Source of the DNA: Eledone cirrhosa
Taxonomy: Eukaryota
DNA: 64,000 nt
Assembly (NCBI GenBank): GCA_964016885.1
Contig: OZ024740.1
Coordinates: 167,338,001-167,402,000 of the forward strand
Direction of reading: 5' to 3'
The stretch's first letter is position 1. The number at the start of each line of letters is the position of its first letter. The notes under the pieces were generated by a model. The model did no database searches. It was not told the DNA's origin and saw only the letters and a list, made by a program, of their open reading frames with translations. The translations under genes and the position numbers were made by a program. Shown piece by piece: positions 1 to 12,447 of this stretch.

Positions 1-1340
1 TGAAGGGATGTTATATTTTTAATCCAATACCCCTGCACACCATCTGGGCCTGGTGATTTCCAGTTGGTTATTTTTTTGGCCTGCCCTTTAAGAGTTTCAA
101 CTGTGATACTGAAATCAGTTTTTGGTGTGCTTGTTCACTAATCTCCTTTTGTACTATCTCAACCCACACTACCTGATCATTATGTTCAACATCCTGCTCC
201 CATATTCCTCTCCAGAATGTCTTAGTCTGTTCCGCCTCAGGGATCAACTCGTTGCCTCTTTCTTTCCCTTCAAGCTGTCCAAACAACATCTTCTGGTTGT
301 TGTCAAACATACGGTTCTGTCTATACCGACTGACTCTGCTCTCATACCGCCTAATCTTTGCACTCTTTGCTACAATGCGTTGCTTCAGTTCCTCTATGAT
401 GATATTTAGCTTTTTCCTCCTAGTTTTGTACTTTATTTCCAGTCTAATTTTACTGTCTTTGTTTTGTAGTGTCCCATTCAGTAGGGACTCAAGCTTTCCA
501 GTGTCATTTCTCATTTCCTTGATTTGACCTTTCAGTCCTTTTTCTTCCACCAAGGTTCTGATCTTTCTTGTTTGTTGTTTCCTCTCGCTTTTATGCCAAG
601 TAATTTCCTCACCGCATTTGCTGTTGCTTTGAGGATATAGTTGCATTGAAGGTTCCTCGCCTCAAAGTATGGGATGACTTTGTTTACCTTAGCTGTTGTT
701 TCTTTTAAGTTTTTCCTCTCTACACATCTCAGGTTCATAGGTTTCCCACTATCATTGTTCATTTCATCTACCACTAAGTTTAGGATATCAACCAAATCTT
801 GTCCTAGCCCGTCAGCATTCATTTCCTCAATGGCCGTATCTTTGTTCCAGCTGTTATTTATTTCAGCATTCAGATCATTGTCTGCTTCGGATGCTTCCTC
901 CGTTCTCTCAATCTCTTCACCATTTCCCACTGGCTCGTTTGCCTGGCATATTCCACTCTCCATTTCCAACCTAATCTCTCTGCTCAGTTCCTCCAGTTCC
1001 AACTCTCTTATCCATCCTTTAGTTCTTATTGCCCGAGCCTGCCCGGCCAATTTTTTTCATCTAATTTAAATAGACCAATATCGTTCCAGATGTTATGCAT
1101 CCGTTTCTCCTTTGGGTAACTCTTCAGGTAACATTCCATTACAGTTCTATTCAATTCTTTCGTCCATTTGGTTCTTGTCCCTTTCCTACTTCTTCTTCTT
1201 CTTCCTCCAACAGCAGCAGTATTTGGATGACAGCCATGTCCTTGCTGCTGGACTAGGGGGCGCTTGCTGGGTGAGAGTCTATCACATGACGTTCAAGTCT
1301 CCTCTTCACCGTTATTCGAACTGTTTTAGGTTCGACATTT
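1..1340 (-). mobile_element. Dong/R4-clade (RLE-type) non-LTR retrotransposon, 5' portion, frameshifted; RT continues off the left edge
   Basis: Minus-strand frames give R4/Dong N-terminal motifs (RTKWTKELNRTVMECY; LKQRIVAKSAKIRRYESRVSRYRQNRMF; FWRGIWE) and KSPGPDGVQGYWIK near base 20-60. Homologous to the element at 20040-23393. Confidence 0.8.
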
Positions 1341-2297
1341 AAACACTCATATCGAGGATTGGTGAATGTATGGTTACATAACCACCGGTGATTTTATCAC
1401 CCCAGTGATTTCATCACCCCCGGTGATTTTAGAATGGCACCATGACGCTGTAGACGAACATAAATAAACAAATAAATAGATAAAAACTTGAAAAAATAAA
1501 CATAAGTTTCATTGTAATGTTTGAATGTCTAACTTAGACTTTTTTGTTTGTTTGTTTGTTTTTTTCCTTTACGTTTTTCGTTTTTCAAGGCCAGTAACAT
1601 CGGTTACTAGTGTTGTTGTTGCTGCTGCTGCTGTCTTTGATGTTTTGTTTTTGTTGTTGGATTTGTTCTGTTCTATAATCTTTCGACTTGTTGCTTATTA
1701 TTATTATATTATAGTTTAGATTTGACATTGTTTAAACTAAACATTTTCAGAGATATACAACAACAATAATTATTTTGGTGTTGTTGTTGTTGATGTTAGC
1801 TGTTTGACCGGGTCACTAAATCAGTCTATTTATATCTTTGGATACCTTCCTCGCTTCTATTCATGTGTAGTGGCACTACTACCACCCCTCTCGTAACAGG
1901 AGGTAGTGACGGAATAGTGGTGGTAGCGTTGATGTAGTGGTGGCGGTGGTGATTGGATAGTAGTACTATAGTGATGGTGTTGCTGTAGCCGTTTGTTTGT
2001 ATTTGGTTAGATTTTTTGTGGTAGTGGTGACGGTGGCGGCGGCGGTGGTAGTGTTGGTGGTGAAATTATTTGGTTGTTGTTTGTAACCATTTTCTTGTTT
2101 TACTATATAATTTCTGATACAAAATTAAATATTAAATATTGGAGCCCTATGCCATAATGTGATGCGTGTAACTTCCTGAGAGCTAAGACTGGTATCTTAT
2201 GTTCCATTTGTAATAATAATTATTCTATCACAATTGTTTTAAATATGTAAAAAATCAAAACCTTACGGGAGCTATTCCATAACATTCTATCCACCAT

Positions 2298-5200
2298 GTG
2301 CGACCAACAACAACCACACCACCAAACATTTTATCCACCAAAAACACCAACAACGCAAACAAAACAAAACACTCACACCAAACAGCAACAAGAAGAAAAC
2401 AGCAACAAAATCACCCCTACCCCAAAAAGTACACAGCCATAAACATGGCAAATGAAGAACTCATACAATATATAAAGCAGCACACAGACATCACAGAAAA
2501 AAACTACTACACCCCACCAACACCAAGAACTCTCTCGACAAACACAAGCATCATTGATATCAAAATAGAACAGTACAAACTTTTAAAACAAAAATTCCCC
2601 AACGCAGTTGGAGACTTCGGAGGGTCGGTTACCAAGAGGATATACACTAACATCCTCTTAGAAACACACATGACCAGCCAAGGGGATGGTTTTACTGTCT
2701 CTTCACCACACGATCAAGGTAAGTGACCCTTTCTCACTTGCCCCGTTTCTCATCCAACATGGCCGTGCTCAGAATAGGCAGTATAAAGGCACGTGGCCTG
2801 GGGTCATCTTGGAAGCAGGGTCACCTGCTCAACGACCTCAGGTCACTAAACATAGATGTGGTGGCCATCAGCGAGACCAGAATCTCCGAAGCACGAGTCT
2901 TCGCACCGATCTTCGGCGGCTACGATGTATACCAGCCGTCCAGGATCGGGGGGAGAGGTTGCCGTCCTTTTTCGGAGATGCTTCTATCTCGCCATACAGG
3001 CCATCTTCCTAGACCCAGAAGGTAAGTCGGTGGTGCTGGCCGTGACTGACAGCGAATGCAATTCTTTTAGGCTAGTAGCCGTCTACACCACAACTGGGGC
3101 AGGACGGCCCAGATTTCTTCAGACGTCTAGAGACTTTTCTATGAACGTCCCGCTCTTTAGTGTTAGTGGGCGACTGGAACGGTATCTTGGATGCGCGTTG
3201 GAATTGTGTGGGGCTAGTAGATAGAGGAGGAGGCTGCAAGAGCCTCACCAACCTGCTCAGACGTTTTTAACTGTCTGAAAGGTATCGACTGGGTCACTCT
3301 AATGTGCCAATGTGGACATGGACAAACCGCATCGGGTCATCCAAATAGTATCTCGATAGGGTATTCTTCAGAGAACAAGATAAGGTTAGTATAAGTTGTC
3401 CACAATTTAAAATAGTCGACTAAATAGACCACACATTTGTGATCTGTGAGATCGACATAGACAGACTTCATAAACAAGTGCCCGGTTACTGGAAGCTGAA
3501 CGCGTCTTTCCTGGCGCGCAAAGCCTACAGAGACCGGATTAGTGTATTAGTTAAGCCGGTTTAGCAAAGGACTAGTGATAGAGGAAAATAGAGTAGAAGG
3601 AGGGCTAGTCAGAAAGATAGAAGAGGCGTTTAGCACAGGCATTGCAACCGACGTGCTTGTGGTGAGATTGGCACTCGACCAATTTTTCAACGCAAGACAC
3701 GAAGGCTGCGTTGTCAGAGCTAGAGCGCGTGCTCTGAAACACGAGGGGACAAAAGCTGTCCAATGGGCCCGGGTGGCAGAGGCGCGACGTGGCAACAAGT
3801 CCACAATTCGGTTTTTGTCTGACTAAAACGGGTGCGTGTTGCTCGAACCCGATCAGATGTGTGAAGCTTTTCAGCAGCCTTGTGCTGAACTGTTCGGGAG
3901 CAGCGGCTGGCCGGATCGGGGTATGGACACAGTGTTGCCAAAAGCCAATAACAGCCGGTGAAATACGGGAAGCGATAGCGCTGCTGAGAAAAGACAAGAA
4001 CAATGGGGATGTTATCGATAATTTCAGGCCCTTAACTCTGCTAAACGCAGAGTTCAAGGTTTTGGCCAAGGTGTTAGCAACGAGGTTGGCGCTTGTCGTC
4101 AAGGGTCTGGTGGGAGTGGCGCAGACATTCGCCATTCCGGACAGATCCATACAGGACAAACTCCACCTCATGCGATACATCACAGAGAGGGTGGTTAAGG
4201 AACCTGGCACGGGTGGGGCCCTGATCAACTTGGATCAATACAAAGCATTCGATAGGGTCGACCATCGGTACCTGGCGGCGGTCCTCAAGGTAGCCGGTTT
4301 CGGGCCCGTTTTCAGGGGTTGGATCGCTGCGATGTACAGCGACATCTGCTCAGTTGTGAGGGCGAAATGTCGCAGCCGTTCAGCATGATGCTCTCGGTCC
4401 ACAAGGGTTGCCCCCTCTCGTCCCTCTTGTACGTATTGGCTCTCGAGCCATTACTGCACAAACTGGGAGCGATGAGGGGCGTCCCACGCGAACTAGGATA
4501 CGGGAAATCCGAATCGGCTTACGCCGATGACCTCACCGTGGTGTGGTCGAGCACCAGACACGTCCAGATGCTCGGCACCGCTCTCAAGGAGTACGAAGCG
4601 GTGACACGAGCAAAGATAAACCAAGAAAAGTCGGTAGACTTCCAGCTCGGCACCTGGAGTGGCAAGTCCATACCGTCCGACAGCGTCGTGGGGTGTTGGA
4701 CGGACGGACCGGTTAAATTGCTCGGGGTCTGGTTCGGACCGGACCTCCAGATGGAAGAAACCGAAGCGAGGTGACGAGCAAGGTGGCCTCCCTCACCCAG
4801 AAATGGGCCGAGAGGAAGCTGTCCCTGAAAGGCCGGGCGGAGGTGGCGAGCGTACATCGCATCCGTCATCTGCTACCGCCTTACCGTCTTCCCTTGCCCC
4901 GGCCCAACTCCCACCAAAATGGAGCGACTCCTCTCCCGCTTTTTGTGGAAGGGACGCGCTCCCATGGTCAGACGATCAATCTGCTGTCAACACCCGTTGT
5001 GTGTAGGACTGGGCATGCCATAGCTGATGATGCGCAAACATGCACTAAGGCTGCGAGATCTCTGATGCTTCCTTGACGGTGAACAGGTGTGATCGCCGTT
5101 CACCAGGAACGTTTTCCCACAGCTCTTCTCCTTGACGGAGCTGCAGTCCTGGGTCAGCAAAAGACCGAGGGATAGCGCTTGGAAACAGGAATGTCTCCAT

Positions 5201-5928
5201 GCGCTCACTGCCCTCTGCCAGCTGGGCACCAGTATCGGTGGAACATCCACCTCGGAGTTCTATAGAGGACTAGTGGAGGGGAAGAGCGACGACGTTCTCG
5301 GAGAGATCCTGGGCGTCGAAGAAGATCAGCTGTTTGCTCTCTTCCGGAGTACTTTCAGCCCAGGGCCTATGGATAATTTCCAAAAATCCCTGGCCTGGCA
5401 GTGCTACCGGGGAGCGTTGCCGGTTCGAGATAAGCTCTACAGGCAAGGAAGTGCCGTCAGCCGAGCCTGTCCAAGATGCGCGCAGAGCGACGCAACCGTC
5501 GTGCACGCACTCTTTCAGTGCCCGAGCATTGCTGACCTGTGGAGCTATGTCGAACTGTTGCTGTCGCGTGTAGGGCTGATCGGGTTATCGACTGAGTCCA
5601 TTGTGCAGATGGTCTCGACGTCTTCCTTCGAGGAGGAAGCGCAGGCGGTTTTCATTTGCCTGGTGGCCATGGCGAAAGAGATTGTGTGGCAGACAAGGTT
5701 GAAAGGGTTAAAGACAGACACTTTCCTTTTCGGCGAATTCCTAATTAATTTTCATTTTTATTGTTTATATATATATATATATGTTTCTATGTCTTTTTAT
5801 TTTCTTCTTTTCTTATATAAATAATAAAAATCTTTACACGCACAAAACCCACATCGTACCGTCCTGTACCGTCCTGTGCCGTCTGTAATGTTTTTCCTGA
5901 CGTCAGCCCTTGTGGGCAATAAAGAAAT
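2298..5928 (+). mobile_element. Degraded, internally deleted L1/Tx1-clade LINE copy (ORF1 3' end, APE, RT, 3' UTR)
   Basis: Colinear and highly similar to 8270-12370. Fragments include LRIGSIKARGLG, FRPLTLLNAEFKVLAK, YADD and CPRCAQSDATVVHALFQC, with many stops/frameshifts. Ends in cccttgtgggcaataaagaaat. Confidence 0.92.
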
Positions 5929-5941
5929 TATTCTTCTTCTT

Positions 5942-6328
5942 TGAGTCTCAGGCATTGATTTTTGTTAACTGGAAAGTTTGTTGAAATTAATATCAAGCCA
6001 CTACCTGCAGCCTCAGATATTCAGGACGTATCGGAGGGTTCTTGCTGTTCCCAGCAAGCATGGCTTTTGAAGTGTTCCAAAAAGCGGGGCTGGGCCAATT
6101 TTCTTTAACCATCCCTGGAAATTTTCGGGATAGTACCTAGTGCACCTATGACAATCGGGACCACTTTGACTTCATGGCAGTTCCATATCCTTTTTAACTC
6201 CCACTTTAAGTCCTGGTATCGGTTAATTTTCTCCCTCTCCTTCTCTTGCACTCTCGTGTCGAATGGGCAGGCCACATCCACAATCAGGCACGATCTTTTT
6301 TCCTTGTCCAAAACCACCAGGTCAGGTC

Positions 6329-6330
<2 letters not shown>
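5942..6330 (-). mobile_element. 5'-truncated Dong/R4-type element: RLE endonuclease C-terminus and 3' UTR
   Basis: ORF 6105..6422(-) reads PDLVVLDKEKRSCLIVDVACPFD...KINRYQDL...VVPIVIGALG (PD..D..K RLE motif); bounded by (TTA)n at 6331-6359. Confidence 0.85.
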
Positions 6331-6359
<29 letters not shown>

Positions 6360-6574
6360 GAATGCTATGGTTGACGGAGGCTCGGCTCTGTAAGGTACTG
6401 TACATTTTGAACGCTTTAACAATTGTAAATTGTTTAAAACTTAGACCAACTTGTAGACAAAAACACCCTCCTCCTCGCGAGAGGGGTCTTTCTGCCCGTT
6501 ATTTGGCCCTTCGGGGTTAAATAACTGCTTATTGGAGTTTTGTACCCAATATTTATTTTTAACAAAAAAACAAC

Positions 6575-8667
6575 ATGGCTACGAAAAAGAATTTGCATAG
6601 GTCACTCCCACTCATTCCGTCTTCTTCTTCCTCAATCGTCACTACAGCAGAGAGAAGATTGTCTCTCTCCCTCCCTTCTTTAAATGTGTCTCTCTCTCTC
6701 CCTTCTCTTTCGCAAGCGACGAAAGAAAAGAAAAGTCTCGTGCAAAGCGTGCAAGGTTTTTCCACGACGACGACGACAGCGACGAAACAGGTGTGCGGGA
6801 AATACGAAAACCCAGTTCATTCGTCTGACGTCAGGAATAATAGCAGTAGCAGCCGTAATAACAACAGCAACAGTGACAATGAAAACAACAGTAGCAGCCG
6901 CAACAGTATCACCAGCAGCATAAACAACAACAGCATTAGCAGCAGCAACAACAACCACAGCAACAGCGGCGAAGGCAGTAGTCGTAGTACCTGCAGCAAC
7001 AACAAAAGTAACAGCAGCTCTGACGACAACAACAACAACAGCAGCATAGAAAAACCAATCTCATTTGCAGGTATTGCGAAAAACCTGGAAACAATCCTCA
7101 TAACAAATGAGGAATTAGAGGAAGCGAAGAAGATGGTGACAAAGAATGGACACCGAGCAATCTGCAAGGCAGCGAAAAATTTTTTCGAAACCCAAGAGCA
7201 CTGTACGGTCACGTACCGTACAGTAAGTACAAAATCCCGTAGGGTGGAAAGAGCCACAGAGGCCCAAATACAAAAAGCCTTGGGGTCTGTGTGGCAGCGG
7301 AAAACGCACATCACCCGAGGCAAAAAATATGCCACCGTAGACGTACTTTTTGCCACACCCCAGGAGGCAAAGGCCCAATCCGTAGTGACCCTAAGGAGCG
7401 AGGAAATGGTGTTGGTGCCCCCTACTGCGGGCAAAAAATTGTGAGGGTCAAACTGACCCACGTCCCCCCCGGAATGGCCCCTTCTTGGCTGGCCGCGTCT
7501 GTCCTCGTCGGAATCGAGGATAAAACAACTGTACTGCAAGTACAGAAAAAAGTAAGAGAAGATTGGGTCGGCACCTACATTGAGATGCTAATCCAAACCA
7601 ACCAGGAGTGCATCGAAGCTATCCCGGATGTGATAGACTTCGATAACGGCACTCAACTGCCCATTAGTGTTGAGGGCAAACGCCCGAAATGCTTTCGCTG
7701 TGGATCGAAGACTCACCTCAGGGCCTTCTGCAACGAGAAAACCCTGAGAAAGGAGAAAACCCCCCTATTTCCGAATCCGGCTCCACGGCTACCAGCAACA
7801 GGACAAGCGGCAACCAGGAACGATAGGTCCGTGGCACCCATACCCACGCCACGGAAATCAAAAACAGCAGCAGCAGTGGAAATACTAACAACAACAACAG
7901 CAATACCAAATGCAGCTGCAACAGAGACTCCAGTGCAAACATCACCAACAACAACAAGTGAAAGAGTGGAGCTGGTACCCCTCCCCGACCTCACAGAATC
8001 AGACATGGACTCTGAGGTGGGAGAGGGATGGCAAAAGGTCGTAAGAAGGCACAAACGCAGAAGCAGCGCATCGTCGCCTTTGAAAAGGGAGGAAAGAAAT
8101 GAGAAAAGGGTAAAGTCTACTGCAAAGAGACCCACAGCAGCAACACCACCAACACCATCACCACCCACACTAGCACCACCATTACCACCGGCGACAACCC
8201 CACCGCCAACAACACCTTCAACACCACCACCACAAGCACCAACATCGCAAACACAACAACAAAACACACACACCCAGCAACAACGACAAGAAAATAGCAG
8301 AACCCCCCCCCCCCACAAAAACAAATGCACGGCAATAAATACACACAACAAGAAACTAATGACTTACATAATTGAACACACAGACATTTCACAACAGGAC
8401 TACATAATACCAGCACCAATCAAAACGCCAACTAACATAAGACTGCTAAAAATAGCACAGAAACAATACACAAACATTAAAACGAAATTCCCCAACGCAG
8501 TTGGTGATTTCAGGGACCTAGGAGGAACCATCAATCGAAGAGTATTTTCAGACATTCTCTTAGAAGAGCCGACGACCAGCCGAAGGGACGATTCAACGGT
8601 CCCTTCACCAGACGATCAAGTGAAAAGGGATGTAAAAACCATCCCTCCTCTACCAAAAGTACGGTAA
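6575..8667 (+). pseudogene. Tx1 ORF1 (gag-like nucleic-acid-binding protein), split by one frameshift near 7418-7440
   Basis: ORFs 6575..7444 and 7291..8667 overlap. CX2CX4HX4C knuckle CFRCGSKTHLRAFC, N-terminal Asn/Ser tract, and Pro/Thr-rich C-terminal region. Confidence 0.85.
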
Positions 8668-8702
8668 GTGGTCTTTCCCATCTTTTCCACTCTATTTTAA
8701 AC

Positions 8703-11700
8703 ATGACCTCACTCAGAATAGGCAGCATAAATGCGCGTGGCTTGGGGTCGTCATGGAAGCAGGGTCACCTGCTCAACGACCTCAGGTCACTAAACATAGA
8801 TGTAGTGGCCATCAGCGAGACCAGAATCTCCGAAGCACGGGCCTTCGCACCGATCTTCGGCGGCTACGATGTGTACGCATCTCCCAGCCGTCCTGGATCG
8901 GGTGGAGGAGTTGCTGTGCTTTTTCGGAGAGGTTTGGATCTCGCCATACGGGCCATCTTCCTGGACCCAGAGGGTAAGCTGGTGGTGCTGGACGTGACCA
9001 GCGGAGACGGGCAAGCTTTCAGGCTAGTGGCCGTCTATGCCCCGACAGGAGCAGGGCGGCCTGATTTCTTCCGGCGTCTGGAGACCTTTCTTGGAACGTC
9101 CCGCTCTTTAGTGTTAGTGGGCGACTGGAACGGGATCTTAGATGCACGCTGGGACTGTGTGGGATTAGCGGATAGGGGTGGAGGGTGCAAGAGCCTCACC
9201 AACCTGCTCAGGCGTTTTGAACTGTCTGACAGGTACCGATTGGATTTCCCGAATGTGCCAATGTGGACTTGGACAAATCGCATAGGGTCATCCAGATCAT
9301 ATCTAGATAGAGTATTTTGTAGGAAAATAGATAGGTCTAGCATAGGCTGTCCACAATTCAAGATAGTCAGCTACACGGACCACAAATTCGTGATATGTGT
9401 GCTTGATTTAGATAGGTTTCATAGACGAGGACCCGGCTACTGGAAGCTAAACGCGTCCTTACCAGCGCGCAAGGCCTACAGAGACCGGATTAGCGAACTA
9501 GTTAAGCGGGCGTTGATGGGGGCCATCGTCAACAACAAGTGGTGGTTTGCTCTGAAAAGAGCGATTAGAATAGAATCGATTAGGTTTAGTAAGGCTTTAG
9601 CAATAGAGAAAAATAGAGCAGAGGGAGAACTAGTTAGAAAATTAGACGAGGCGCTTAGCAAAGTCATTGCGACCGACGTGCTTGCGGCGAAATTGGCCCT
9701 TGACCAATTCTTCAATGCAAAGCACGAAGGCTGCGTTGTCAGAGCAAGGGTGCGTGCTCTCAGACACGAGGGGACGAAAGCCGTTCAATGGGCCCGAGTG
9801 GCGGAGGCGCGTCGTGGCAACAAAGCCACGATCCGGTCTTTGGTGGACCACGACGGGCGCATGCTACTCGATCCCGGGCAAATGTGTGAAGCTTTTCAGC
9901 GACACTTCGCTCAGCTGTTCGGGGGCAGCGGTGGGCCGGGTAGAGGGATGGACTTTAGTGTCTACCTCGACGGACTGCCGCGGCTCTCGGCCACTGAGGC
10001 GAAGTGTTGCGAAAAGCCGATAACAGCCGCTGAAGTAAGGGAGGCAATGACTGGCTGCACAAGGGGTAAATCGCCTGGTTTGGATGGTCTGCCCTATGAA
10101 CTTTACGTACAGATGCCAGACTTGTTCGGAGGCCTCTTGGCGGACGTCTACTGCAACTGGCAACAGAACGGGAGAATTCCCAGTTCTGTGAGCCGAGCAG
10201 CGGTGGCACTGCTGAGAAAGGATCCGAACAAGGGGGATAACATAGATAATTTCCGGCCCATAACTCTGATAAACACAGAGTTCAAGATTTTGGCCAAGGT
10301 GCTAGCAAAGAGGTTGGCGCTTGTCGTTGGTGGTCTGGCGGGAGAGGCGCAGACATGCGCCATTCCCGACAGATCCATCCACGACAACCTCCACCTCATG
10401 CGATACATCATAGAGAGGGTAGCTAAGGAACCTGGCACGGGTGGGTCCTTGATCAATTTAGATCAGTCGAAAGCTTTCGATAGGGTCGACCATCGTTACC
10501 TAGCGGCAGTCTGGAGGGCGGCTGGTTTTGGGCCCGTCTTCAGAGGCTGGATCGCTGCCATGCACAGCGACATCTGCTCTGTGGTGAGAGTGAACGGTCA
10601 CCTGTCGGAACCGTTCAACATCATGCGCTCGGTCCGCCAAGGATGTCCCCTCTCGTCCCTCTTGTACGTATTGACTCTCGAGCCATTACTGCACAAACTG
10701 GAGACGTTGAGGGGAGTCCCGCGCGAACTAGGATGCGGAAGATCCGTGTCAGCATATGCGGACGATGTCACCGTAGTGGTGTCGAACGCCAAACACATCG
10801 AGGCGATCGGCACTACACTAAGAGAATACGAAGCGGTGACAGGAGCAATGATCAACCAGGAAAAGTCAGTGGGCCTGCAGCTCGGCACCTGGAGAGGCAG
10901 GTCCATGCCGTCCAACAGCGTTGTCGGACGCTGGACGGACGGACCGGTTAAATTGCTAGGGGTCTGGTTCGGTCCGGACCTCCAGACGGACAAAAACTGG
11001 GACGAGGTGACGAGCAGGGTGGCTTCTCTCACCCAGAAATGGGCGGAGAGGAAGCTATCCCTGAAAGGTCGAGCGGAGGTGGCTAATGCGTACATCGCGT
11101 CTGTCATCTGCTACCGCCTGACCGTCGTACCTTGTCCTAAGCCTCGCCTGACTGCGCTGGAGCGTTTGCGCTTTCGTTTTTTGTGGAAGGGACGCGCTCC
11201 GGTGGTCAGGCGGTCCATCTGTTGTCAACACCCGCTACGTGGAGGGCTGGGTATGCCGTGGCTGATGATGCGCAGGCACGCGCTCAGGCTACGACATCAC
11301 CACCTCTTCCTCGACGGTGATCAGGTGTGGTCGCCGTTTGCTAGACACGTATTTCCCCAGCTCGTTTCCTTGACGGAGCTGCAGTCCTGGGTCAAGCGAA
11401 GACCGAGAGGGAGCGCCTGGAGACTGGAATGTCTTCAGGCGCTCACAGCCCTCGACCAATCGGGCAATGTGATCGGTCGAAACTCCACCTCGGCGTTCTA
11501 TAGAGGATTAGTGGAGGGGAAGAGCGACGACGTACTTGGGGAAACTCTAGGCGTCGACGAAAATCAACTAGCCAATCTCTTCGGAAGAACTTTCGGGCCA
11601 GGGCCTATGGACAACTTCCAGAAATCTCTGGTCTGGCAGTGCTACCGAGGAGCCTTGCCAGTTTGGGATAAACTCTACAGGCATGGAGGTGCCGTCAGCC

Positions 11701-12121
11701 GGGCATGTCCGAGATGCGCGCAGGGCGACGAAACCGTCCTGCACGCACTCGTCCAGTGTCCGAAAATTGCTGACTTGTGGGTTTATGTCGAACACCTGCT
11801 GTCGCGTTTAGGACGGATCCGGCTATCACTGAGTCCATCGTGAGGATTGCCCCGCCCTCCTCCTTTAGCGGGGAAGGGCAGGCAGTTTTTATCTGCCTGG
11901 TGGCCATGGCGAAAGAGATAGTATGGTGGACACGTTTGAAAGGGCTGAAGACGAGCACTTACCTCTTCGGTGATGCTCTGATTGACTTTTTTAAATTTCA
12001 TTTGAAAAGGAAAATCAGAGTAGAGAGGGAAGTGCTCTCTTCCCAGCATTTTGTTGAAAGATGGGTGAGAGAAGCAAGAATGGCCCGAGTGAATGGGCCT
12101 ACTCTGAGTATATATCTGTAA
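8703..12121 (+). pseudogene. Tx1 ORF2 (APE endonuclease - reverse transcriptase - CCHC finger), one frameshift near 11828
   Basis: 1046-aa ORF with SINARGL/ISETR/GDWN/YLDR/TDH APE motifs, QGCPLS and YADD RT motifs, and CPRC-X8-H-X4-C. Continues in ORF 11777..12121. The paralog at 5581-5600 (ttatcgactgag) shows one base missing here (ctatcactgag). Confidence 0.93.
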
Positions 12122-12369
12122 ATTAAAGGTGGAAAACTGGGAGAGGGCACTTGCCTTGGTGGTCAGGGTCATTGTGGCTTTTTACTGGGCTTTCTCCACA
12201 AATGTCCCTCCGAAGTCTCCCCCCTATTGGGGAATTTTTCATTGTTATTTTTTGTTATATCCTCTGTTTTTGTTTTTTACACGCAGAAATGCCCATTTGT
12301 ACCGTCCTGCATTGTCCTGCACTGTCCTTAATGTCTACTTTATGTAAACCCTTGTGGTTAATAAAGAAA

Positions 12370-12447
<78 letters not shown>

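Larger units (their letters stand above)
6360..12370 (+). mobile_element. Near full-length, young L1/Tx1-clade LINE flanked on both sides by (TTA)n
   Basis: 5' UTR, ORF1, 35-bp spacer, ORF2, and 3' UTR ending aataaagaaat; (TTA)n at 6331-6359 and 12372-12446; only two apparent frameshifts. Confidence 0.95.

Noticed and set aside
6817-11107. Long antisense ORFs (e.g. 6817..7539, 7713..8351, 10598..11107)
   Set aside because: Shadows of the Tx1 coding strand and of low-complexity tracts; no independent motifs.
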